This document shows positions 53,473-64,000 of a stretch of DNA of 64,000 nucleotides, in pieces. A model generated the notes under the pieces. It saw only the letters and a program-made list of their open reading frames with translations, was not told the origin of the DNA and did no database searches. Source of the stretch: Eledone cirrhosa (taxonomy: Eukaryota); the NCBI GenBank assembly GCA_964016885.1, contig OZ024743.1, positions 263,872,001 to 263,936,000 on the forward strand. The letters run 5' to 3'. The stretch's first letter is position 1; every line of letters begins with the position of its first letter. A program made the translations under genes and the position numbers.

Positions 53473-55616
53473 TTAGCCATCGGGCTTTAACACTGGCTTA
53501 AAGTGTTTGAAAGTTGCAAAGTTCTTGTGCATGCAGTTCGGGCAGTGTTCAGAGAGTTTGTTCAGTAGCGGGCCCTTGAAAATAAAATTTCGTAGCTCTC
53601 TGAAATACAAAGGTCGCAGCCCTTGTGTCCTCCATTGTAAGAGCGCGCTTTCTGGAGTATTTTCCAATTAAGCGTGAAGGGGGTGGAGTTCCTTTTGAGG
53701 TCCCAAACGTAGGAGGCGAGTGTTGTCTGATTTGATTTGTCCGGTCTTCTGAAGGAGTGGGTATGGGCATACCAACGGGTCTTAAAGTTGTTGGAGGTCA
53801 TGCCGATGTAAGTTTTTTTGCAATCCTCGGTGCCTGAGATGACATCGCATTTGTATACGATATCATTTGTGAGGCATTTGTTTTCAAGTGGGCATGCTTC
53901 CTTATTTAGGCAATTACATAGAGCCCCAGTCCGGGAATTGGGTTCGGAGGTGGTTGGCTTATTTAATTTTTTAGAATTGTGGTTGGCTATATTCCTAGCT
54001 AGGTTAGGTGTGGTGGAGTAAGACAGTCTTATTGTGTTCTTATTAAAGATGGTGTGGTACCTATGTTGTATGGGGAAGTGTAATTTCAGCAAAGTGAAGA
54101 AAATCCTAGCTATCGGAGTAGATACCTCTCTATTGAAGGGAGGGTTGTACCAGCTAATCTGCCTATGTCTATTCCCCCTCTGCAATCTTGCGGTGGTTTC
54201 TAGGTAAGTTATCTTATCTTTAAATCCGCTACGGGCGAGGGCGTCATTGTAGTAGGAGGCAGATGCATTAAAAATATCTTTGTTGGCGGACAGGCCAGAT
54301 ATTCTAATAGAGACGCTTTTTACTAGGTTATCACTGATGTTTTGGGGGTGGTTTGAATTAACATTAATATATTTAAGGGACTCGTTAGGTTTGTGGTACG
54401 GGTAATAGAGGCAAGTATCTAGGTCGAGAGTGACATCTAAGAAGTTGGCCCTAGTCAAATTAGATTCTATAGTTATACTAAATCCTAGATTAGAGAAGAA
54501 AGAGCTTAAGTTTTTCCGAAACCCATCGGTGGTTCTGGCGTTAACCTTATGCAGGGCGAAGAGGCCGTCGTCTCGGTATAAACCTCCCGTTAGGCCGGTA
54601 AAGAGGTTCTTCAGGTGATGTAGGATGTACAGGCCCACAAGGTCGCTAATTTCAGCCGAGTCACTCGCCCCCATGCTAACGTCAAATGGGATCTGAGATT
54701 TTTTGTTGATCCAGTAAGATCCATCGTGGTATAGAAAGGTCTTACGAGCGTGGAGGATAACAACTTGCTCAGCATCGGTAATGGTGGTAAAATTCCTGGC
54801 AAAGTTAATTGCGTCCTTCAGGAGGGGCTCCGAGATAGAGGCATAGTAGTTTTCTATGTCGAGTTGCAGAAAGCGAGTGTGGTGTTTGTCGGGTAATTTT
54901 TGGAACCATGATATTGCCTCAGATGTTCTGCTCCAGAGTGGAAGTGGTGAGGCTGCCCGCAATGATGGTAGAACTCTATCCAGGATCTTCTTACTGATAG
55001 AGCCGATGTCAGAACGAGTGGGGTTGATAAGTCTGACTGATGGTTTGTTGAGGAAGTTTCCCTTATGGTCCTTCAGGGTAAAGTGCGGGGTCTTTACCCT
55101 TAAAGGTTCGGTTCGGTCGTGTAATTTAAGGGACTTGGCGATTTCCTTTCCGGCCGCGTTTGTCTCAGTCAGTGCCCTCTCTATTACCTTTTTGTAGGTG
55201 GTCGTGATGGTATTTTTTGCCAGCTTATTGTAGGTCTGTGGGTCTACCTCATAAACGTTTTTGGTTTTATCGGAGGAGACATAAAGATTAGGGGATTTTT
55301 TTATATTCCGTAATTCGGCATTTAGGTAGGCCTGGAATGGTGTGGTGGCTCTACGGAATTTAATATCCTTGATCATCTTGAAGAGGTCTTCTTCAAATGG
55401 TTGGAGTAGGCTGTTGGTGGGTGGTGTCTTATTTGTTTTGAAGCCGAACTTCTCATCATTGGTAGATGCTACATCAGGGTTGTCGAGGAAGAAGGCCCTC
55501 CATCTAATTCGCTTGATGAACTCGTCGGTACGTCTGATGAGTGTTTTTAAGTATAGTTTCCTTGGAGGGATAGGGATGTTCTTCAAGGAAATATCAAGGT
55601 CGAGTTTGGTCAGCAT
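53473..55616 (-). CDS. PLE RT + GIY-YIG endonuclease (YRDD type); likely start ATG 55616; 1-nt frameshift near 53580
   Basis: [112 protein letters not shown]. The conserved tail LLNKLSE..CMH lies in the frame of ORF 53473-53667. Confidence 0.92.
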
Positions 55617-55746
55617 GGTTTCTTGATGATGGTTATAAGGGGCACAGAGAGTGCTAAAAAGTACGTTATTCTGGGTTGAATCGGAGGTAACCACAGTAAG
55701 TAAGGTACTCAATACATTGCAGAGTATGAAAGTTTTAATATAGATG

Positions 55747-55797
55747 AGATTCTACAGGACTAGAACTGTTTCATTCTTTAGAAATCATCAGGAATCT
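55747..55797 (-). ncRNA. Type I hammerhead (family L), 5' pseudo-LTR copy
   Basis: Identical to 50708-50758, ~130 nt upstream of the ATG. Confidence 0.88.
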
Positions 55798-55922
55798 GGG
55801 CATCAAAAAATAAATATGGTATTTATAGGTCTCTACAAGTGGTAGGAGAGGGTGGGGAGTGGAATGGGTGTAGGTCATTGGTTGATAGAAAAGGGAACTC
55901 ATTAAAAGCTATGTTTGTGTGT

Positions 55923-56020
<98 letters not shown>

Positions 56021-56054
56021 GAGTATATGTATGAATGGTGTATCTCTCTATATA

Positions 56055-56132
<78 letters not shown>

Positions 56133-56230
56133 GTGCTTTTTCCTTATATATGTGTATATGTGTGCATGTGTGTGTATATATATCTGTATGTATGTGTGTG
56201 GGTGTGTGTTTGTATATGTATATATTTGTT

Positions 56231-56283
<53 letters not shown>

Positions 56284-56354
56284 TTTTGTGTGTATGTGTG
56301 TGTATATGTATATATATATATATGTATATATGTGTGTGTATATATGTGTATTAT

Positions 56355-56389
<35 letters not shown>

Positions 56390-56534
56390 ATATATATATA
56401 TATATATCTATGTGTATATATGTGTATATGTATGCACATGTATATTTGTGTGTATGTATGTATGTGTGTGAGTGTATATATATGTGTATATATATATATG
56501 TGTGTGTGTGTGTGTATATATATATGTATGTGTG

Positions 56535-56573
<39 letters not shown>

Positions 56574-57151
56574 ATATATGTGTATATAAATATATTTATA
56601 TATGTGTGTGTGTTTTTATGTGTGTATATGTGTATGTGTATGTGTGTTATGGTTGCGCGCGAGTGTGTGAGTGAGTGTGTTTTTTTGTGAATGTGTCTGT
56701 TGACTTTTGGCATATAGTTGATTAGTTTAAGAGAAGTTCGAAGATAATTGTAAGATATGCACTCAGTATTTTGAATCTGTCTACAGAATTCTCTAAACCT
56801 TTGTCACTTTGTAGAACCTTAATGAATTTAGCTTTTAAAGAATCTCCCTTTCCTTTAATTCTATCTACCATGACTGACCCCCCCCCCACTGATCTTATAG
56901 ACACCTGTTAGCTTAAGAGAAACTTAATGACAAGGAATGGTATGGCATCCGGACCCTGTTTATAGAATTCTGTCTGCCTTTGTTACTCTAAAAACAAAAA
57001 TTAATAAAAATAAAAATAAACTATAGCTTTGTAGAATTAGCTTTTAATGAATTCCCTTTTCTATCAACCAATGACCTACACCCATCCCACTCCCCATCCT
57101 CTCCTACCACTTGTAGAGACCTATAAATACCATATTTATTTTTTGATGCCC

Positions 57152-57202
57152 AGATTCCTGATGATTTCTAAAGAATGAAACAGTTCTAGTCCTGTAGAAT
57201 CT
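57152..57202 (+). ncRNA. Type I hammerhead (family L), inverted copy
   Basis: Identical motif on the + strand. Confidence 0.88.
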
Positions 57203-57285
57203 CATCTATATTAAAACTTTTATACTCTGCAATGTATTGAGTACCTTACTTACTGTGGTTACCTCCGATTCAAGCCGGAATAACG

Positions 57286-57317
<32 letters not shown>

Positions 57318-57483
57318 CAAATACATACATACTCATACATACATACACACACATCCACATATACACGCATACTTACATATATATATATATATACATACAT
57401 ACACATACACACACGTATATATATATATTTACATACACATACACACATATATATATACATATACATATCTATAATATTATAAT

Positions 57484-58239
57484 GCTGAGCGTCGTATGTA
57501 TTATGTATGTATCCTACACCCCCTATGGTTTCTTAACTTTACTCTCTCCGTCGCTGTTCCCTCTCTCTATAATAGATCATTGCCCCTCTCTATAATTTAA
57601 CAGCTTTACTCTCTCTGTCGCTCTTCACTCTCTATATGACAACACTGATTTAGTTTCCGTATCTTCATTCAATATATACACACATAGAGAGAGAGAGAGC
57701 GAGAGAGCGAAAGAGAGAGATTTAGAGAAAGATTAGGAAAACTACACTCACATATCTACAGAGAGAGACAGAAAAACAGAGGGAGGGGAATAAAGAGAGA
57801 TAGGCCGTTAGACAGAGAGAGATACAATTAAAGTGTTAGTTATTCAGAGAGAGAGAGAGAGATAGAGAGACAGAGCTGAGCGTCGTGTGTATGTATTATG
57901 TATATATTCTACACACCTCCCTATAGTTTCTTATCTTTACTCTCTCCGTCGCTCTTCCTTCTCTATATAATAGATCATTCCCCCTCTCTATAATTTAACT
58001 GCTTTAGTCTCTCTGTCGATCTCCACTCTCTATATGAAAACACTGTTTTAGTTTCCGTATCTCCCTTCAATATATACACACATAGAGAGAGAGAGAAAGA
58101 AAGAAATAAAGAGAGAGATTTAGAGAAATATTAGAAAAACTACACTCACACATCTACACAGATAGACAGAAAAACAGAGGGAGGGGAAAAGCGAGAGATA
58201 GGCCGTTAGACAGCGAGAGATACGATTAAAGTGTTAGTT

Positions 58240-58260
<21 letters not shown>
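57484..58260. repeat. Tandem duplication, ~390-bp unit ending in (GA)n
   Basis: GCTGAGCGTCGT...TTAAAGTGTTAGTTATTCAGAGAGA at 57484-57860 and 57874-58260, visibly diverged. Confidence 0.85.
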
Positions 58261-58276
<16 letters not shown>

Positions 58277-58277
58277 C

Positions 58278-58389
<112 letters not shown>

Positions 58390-58484
58390 AAGGACAATGT
58401 GACACAGGAGGGTGTGTGGTATCTTTGCAGTGAAGTGGTGGGGGCAGGTATACTTTGCCGGACGCCAGCCGGACGGCTCAACTA

Positions 58485-58543
<59 letters not shown>

Positions 58544-58653
58544 AATATATATATATACACATACATATACACATACATACACATATATATATGTACAAAT
58601 ATATATACACATACATATACATACACTCACAAACACACGTACATACATACGCC

Positions 58654-58798
<145 letters not shown>

Positions 58799-58799
58799 A

Positions 58800-59010
58800 T
58801 AAGATAACAAGATATCGTTAAAGGTAATCCGATTAGAGGTTGTGAAAACTTCTTATCATGAATAGTTTTAACGTACGGCGTTGTAAGACCCAACAAGACG
58901 TTTACGTGGATGACGAGTTTATGACTTTTCTTGTATTCCTGTGTAAGGAATCTTAGAGTAATAAAATTGAAAAATTGAAGAATAACATGGTCGACAGTAC
59001 CAACAAGGAA
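58800..59010 (-). mobile_element. Family N tail fragment adjoining (TA)n
   Basis: Diverged reverse-complement homologue of ~62095-62310. Confidence 0.7.
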
Positions 59011-59095
59011 ATTCAATTTTTCAATTTTATATATATATATATGTATATATACACATACATATACAAACGTACATAATACACAAACAAATAAATAC

Positions 59096-59146
<51 letters not shown>

Positions 59147-59178
59147 CATATATATATAGATATACATATATATATATG

Positions 59179-59242
<64 letters not shown>

Positions 59243-59708
59243 AAAAAACTGAAACGAAATTTCATTTCTTACTCTTAGTACGGCTGTTACTTAAATATAA
59301 GTATGTATACGTACATACATATATGTATACAGACGTACAGTAGTATGTACATATATACATACATGCACATATATATATATGTACGTATGGATTCACCGAA
59401 CATTTATTATAATGCTCGGTTTGTTTGTAAACAAACAGCCCGAATTAAGCCGTACATTGTTTAGCAACCATCGTTGCCCTTTTGTTCAACACTGACAAAG
59501 GAACGATGTACTAGTTTCAAGCTTATTAGCTATCGTCAGCACCGTATACATTCCTGGCAGATATATATATATACAATTATATTAAATAAATGGAAACTAT
59601 ATTTATAAAACCATAGAGTATTACACCACAGTAAATTTGTCGAGTGCTCTGAATCAGTTATAAACATTTATATTTGTTGAATTACCAACAATTTGAATAT
59701 CCCTTCTG

Positions 59709-59772
<64 letters not shown>

Positions 59773-59948
59773 TATATATATATTTAGAAACACACAGATA
59801 CATGCGGACGCACACATATATACATGAATGCATCCGCACCCAACTGTGAGTTAAGGGTGCCAACTTCACCGATGTTGCTCAATGAATGACTGGGACAGAC
59901 CAATTCAGTTTGAACCAGACTGAACCAGTATCAGAGTTAAGAATACAT

Positions 59949-60475
59949 TATGAAGAGAGAAGAAACATTTAGATATAATTAGTAATAAAATGTATCATAC
60001 CTAAACTGTTCCTAAATTCCTCGACTACGTAGTTTCGTGGCATAAACAAAAACAATATATCAAAGATATAGAGTCCTTGTGAGGTCTGCCGACTTATCAA
60101 GAGGATACCTCATTTTACTAGTCTCAAGAACGCGTCTACACGACGTGAGAAAGAATCCCAAAAGGCGGAGGGGGAGATAGTCACGCGATATAACGGTCGA
60201 GAAACAGAGCTAAGCCTCTTATAACCACGAAGAAAATACCACGGAGGCGGAGGGGGTATTCATATCGAGGCCGTCTCACGTCGTGTAGACGCGTTCTTGA
60301 GACTAGTAAAATGAGGTATCCTCTTGATAAGTCGGCAGACCTCACAAGGACTCTATATCTTTGATATATTGTTTTTGTTTATGCCACGAAACTACGTAGT
60401 CGAGGAATTTAGGAACAGTTTAGGTATGATACATTTTATTACTAATTATATCTAAATGTTTCTTCTCTCTTCATA
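59949..60475. mobile_element. Palindromic element with identical ~200-bp arms, 123-bp spacer and U3-A8 variant hammerheads (family M)
   Basis: Arms 59949-60150 and 60274-60475, with no mismatch noticed by eye. The right end runs into (TA)n. Confidence 0.9.
60319..60406 (+). ncRNA. Type I hammerhead with UUGAUAA core (mirror ~60018-60105, -)
   Basis: TCCTC-TTGATAA-GTCGGCA...TGCCAC-GAAAC-TACGTA-GTC-GAGGA with palindromic stem III ACTACGTAGT. Confidence 0.8.
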
Positions 60476-60649
60476 TATATATATATATATATATACATAT
60501 AAACATACATATACATACATATATACACATACACACACATACACATACACATATACACACATATACATACCCAGTTCATACATATACACATATACATAAA
60601 CATACATAAATACACATACAAATACACACATACTTTTTCTGTATTTGTC

Positions 60650-60938
60650 ACCCTGTAGACACCTGTCTTACAGGTATTGTTATTTTAAGTGATAAACAAG
60701 GATTAGTATTCCAATTTTGAACTTGTTTATATTATTCTTTCTGCCTTTGTTAATATTATAGCTTTAAAGGATTAACTTTTAATGAATCCCCTTTCTTTAA
60801 ATCCTTCAACCAATGACCAAACCCATCCCAATCCCCACCCTCTCCTAGCACCAGATAAGGAAAGACACAAATACTACCATTTACTTGGACAGCCAGCTTC
60901 CTGATGATTTCTCACGAATGAAACAGTTCTAGTACCTA
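60650..60938 (+). mobile_element. Solo family L pseudo-LTR ending inside HHR stem III at (TA)n
   Basis: GCTTC-CTGATGA-TTTCTCACGAAT-GAAACAGTTCTAGTACC, followed by TATATA. Confidence 0.75.
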
Positions 60939-61024
60939 TATATATATATATATATGAAAAAGTCAATATATATATATATATATTGACTTTTTATATTGAC
61001 TTATCTATATATATATATATTTAT

Positions 61025-61064
<40 letters not shown>

Positions 61065-61068
61065 TTAT

Positions 61069-61100
<32 letters not shown>

Positions 61101-61101
61101 T

Positions 61102-61135
<34 letters not shown>

Positions 61136-61301
61136 AAGGGTGAAAGCAGCGGTTCTTTGCTTAAACTTTAATTTGTTATTTTAATATATATATATATATA
61201 TGTATGTAAATGGTAAACAGAAATAACAACACAATCGGTACAGTACATGTATATATATATATATATATATATTTGTGTGTGTGTGCATGCACTTCAACAC
61301 A

Positions 61302-61369
61302 AAGTATAACAATATCGGTTTCAACACACGATTTCAGATAAAGAATCTTGCTAAACAAATTCAGAAACG

Positions 61370-61439
<70 letters not shown>

Positions 61440-61760
61440 CGTTTTTGAATTTGTTTTGTGAGATTTCTTATCTGAAAACATGTGTTGAAACAGATATTGT
61501 TATACTTTGGGAGGGGCATACTGCCAATAAAAATACACGCATCTGTTAGTTTTCATTTCTATTTATTATAAATTTCCGGCTGGTTGGTTCGATAACCGGA
61601 AGGTTATTTTATATATTGTCAAAGCTCTTTCGTCACATATTCTGTGACCTCCTCAGTGACTATGTTTTTATGTTGTGTGTCTCTCCTTCGTTCTGTCCTA
61701 CACTAACTTGTTATTGTGTGTTGCGTGTTGTGTGCTTCGTTTGCTCATGCAGGTATGTTT
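61302..61760. mobile_element. Two family F ends tail-to-tail across a (TA)n run; the right copy carries an HHR at 61618-61660 (-)
   Basis: 61302-61372 and 61436-61508 are diverged inverted copies. GTCA-CTGAGGA-G-GTCACA(GAATA)TGTGAC-GAAA-G(AG)C-TT-TGAC. Confidence 0.8.
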
Positions 61761-61762
61761 TA

Positions 61763-61809
<47 letters not shown>

Positions 61810-61818
<9 letters not shown>

Positions 61819-62312
61819 GTAGAGAATAACATGGTCAACAGTACAAAAAAGGGATTTATTTGCAGTCTAACAATTGTTTCAATGACAGAGATGTCTAAAA
61901 ATTGCTGAACACTAAATGCAGTGCCACTGAATTTTAAATACGATGTTAACTCTATTAGATCTTCAGAAACAGTTTCTGAAGATCTAATAGAGTTAACATC
62001 GTATTTACAATTGAGTGGCACTGCTTTTAGTGTTCAGTAATTTTTAGACATCTCTATCAGTGAAACAATTGTTAGACGGCAAATAAATCCCCTTTTTTGT
62101 ACTGTTGACCATGTTATTTTCCACGTTTTTAATATATATATTTTATTACTCCAAGATAAACTTACATAGGAATACAAGTGAAATCATAAACTCGTCATCT
62201 ACGTAAACCTCTTGTTGAGTCAAGCAACGCCGTACGCTAAAACTATCCATAATAAGAAGCATTCACAACCCTTAATTGGATTACCTATAACGATATTTTG
62301 TTATCCTTTATA
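61810..62312. mobile_element. Palindromic element (arms 61810-61970 and 61972-62133, 1-nt loop) plus tail, family N
   Basis: Axis CTTCAGAAAC-A-GTTTCTGAAG. Flanked by (TA)n. Confidence 0.88.
61972..62077 (+). ncRNA. Type I hammerhead with ~79-nt stem II domain (family N; mirror 61865-61970, -)
   Basis: GTTT-CTGAAGA-TCTAATAGAG...CTCTATCAGT-GAAAC-AATT-GTT-AGAC, followed by AATAAA. Confidence 0.8.
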
Positions 62313-63297
62313 TATATTCGGTATACGAGGATGCAATTCACTTCTAGCCCTCAACGTCATATTGTTTCCTAAAATCAAGATGGCGGAGTATATTTATAAA
62401 GAAGCAAATGCGAAATTGAAGATGCTAGGGTCCTTTATTAATTGAGCCGTTATATATATTTCAATGACGATAGATATCAGGATTTCTTCAGACAGCAAAC
62501 ATTGATTAAAAGGTAACATGTCTGGGGCAATTTTGGGTGGAAAGGGAGCGGACTAAAAAGACGTGTGTCTTTGCTCTGTGTGTCCGCTCCCTTCTAATTT
62601 TTAGGTCACCCCGACAGTCCTGCATAGTAGCAGGAGTGTGAGAGGCTGACCACTCAACTACCTCCTAGAATACTACCAGCCTTATTTGTTCTCTCTAGCT
62701 ACAAGTCCACCACCACCTCGGCCGACATCACTATACGGTCAGTGGCAGTTCAAACCAGCCAAATTTGTTTACTGTTAGCTTTGGTGTCCAGCAGAATTTC
62801 AATGCATTCCTACTCGCTACCCGTTTATGACGGGATAATATACAGACCATCAACCCCAAAGTGAGAAAGTAATCTACTGCTATGGTTAATATAACATATC
62901 GTAGAAAATATGTAAGGTTTTACAACTCAAAAATCTAAAACATTTTAAATTTCAGACGTTAAAATTAAAAGTTAAAAATCCAGAAAACTAGACAACGGTC
63001 AATATACTAAGAATAATATCTAACTGGCAAAGTGTATATTCGTAATAGTGATTGGGTTCACAGCTGGGTATTAACTTGTCATGACTCCCCAATAGAAAAA
63101 TCTGGCCTCTTGTCGAGAATGACAAGCAAAATTTAAAGTATCTAATGAAACGAATGTAAAAATTAAGTAATCAAGTCGTTGGTATCCCGGTCAATCGGGT
63201 GGAGACAAATAATACATTGATGATTTAAGGGAAAACGTAAGAAAAGGTACAAATGAGTAAGGATGAACGGGAAAAATGGATTATAAAGAAAATAAAG

Positions 63298-63403
<106 letters not shown>

Positions 63404-63409
63404 ATATAT

Positions 63410-64000
63410 AAAGAATTAGTATATCTACCAATATATATATACAGATGCATACCTATGCTAGCAAATATATAGGTTTTGTCTTAGTAACTTAGTGGTTCAA
63501 TGCAAGGGGATGCAGAACAATTATATGAAAGACGTGAAATAAGAAAATTATAAAAATTATAAAAATTAATCAGTGAGGAGTGGGGTGTTAATAAGACAGT
63601 AGCCGAACTATTACTATGAACTATAGTAGTAGTTTTGGCAAATTTTTTCAATGTCCTGGAATTTAGTCCTCGCTTGCTTGTTTCCATCCACTGAATTATT
63701 TTTGTATAAGTTCCCTGTGTCCACGCATCACCTAGGAACGTAGCTGAGAATTGACTTCCTGATGACGAAAGGTGTTCTCCGTGTTCCATTCGGAAACTAT
63801 GTTTATTCCCTTTCAGAAACTAATTAGTTGGAGTGAAATTTTAGTAAGTAAGTTAATTTTTATAATTTTCTTATTTTACATCTTTCATATAATTGTTCTG
63901 CATCCCCTTGCATTGAACCACAAAGTTACTAGGACAAAACCTATATATTTGCTAGCACAGGTATGCATCTGTATATATATGTTGGTAGATATACTACTTC
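63410..64000. mobile_element. Family G element with inverted pseudo-LTRs
   Basis: 63410-63560 mirrors 63855-64000. The interior is the reverse complement of 14330-14540. Confidence 0.82.
63754..63834 (+). ncRNA. Type I hammerhead (family G)
   Basis: ACTTC-CTGATGA-CGAAAGG...CCTTTCA-GAAAC-TAATTA-GTT-GGAGT. Confidence 0.82.

Overview
AT-rich, microsatellite-saturated eukaryotic non-genic DNA. Its Nin-domain tRNA-SINEs resemble octopus/cephalopod SINEs, so the host is inferred rather than shown. No host exon is evident, and most ORFs in the track are translated (TA)n/(CA)n/(TATG)n repeats. The window is dominated by Penelope-like retroelements (PLEs; RT + C-terminal GIY-YIG endonuclease) of three types: a ~4 kb palindromic 5'-truncated Penelope/Poseidon-type copy (1959-5971), a frameshifted long copy with a ~70 aa insertion in the RT fingers (33997-38320), and a nearly intact YRDD/CxCx5C ('Hydra'-like) copy that carries ~2 kb of microsatellite inside its ribozyme-bounded unit (50693-57286). 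About a dozen distinct short non-coding elements sit in (TA)n tracts. Most carry a hand-foldable type I hammerhead ribozyme (HHR) motif and form perfect or near-perfect palindromes or ~370-700 bp tandem units. The motifs include a U3-A8 compensatory core, 70-115 nt stem II insertions and stem III loops as short as 2 nt. Several fold-back axes or junctions coincide with HHR landmarks. Decayed RTE, L1/Tx1-like and CRE-like LINE fragments are also present. All RNA folds and alignments were done by eye.
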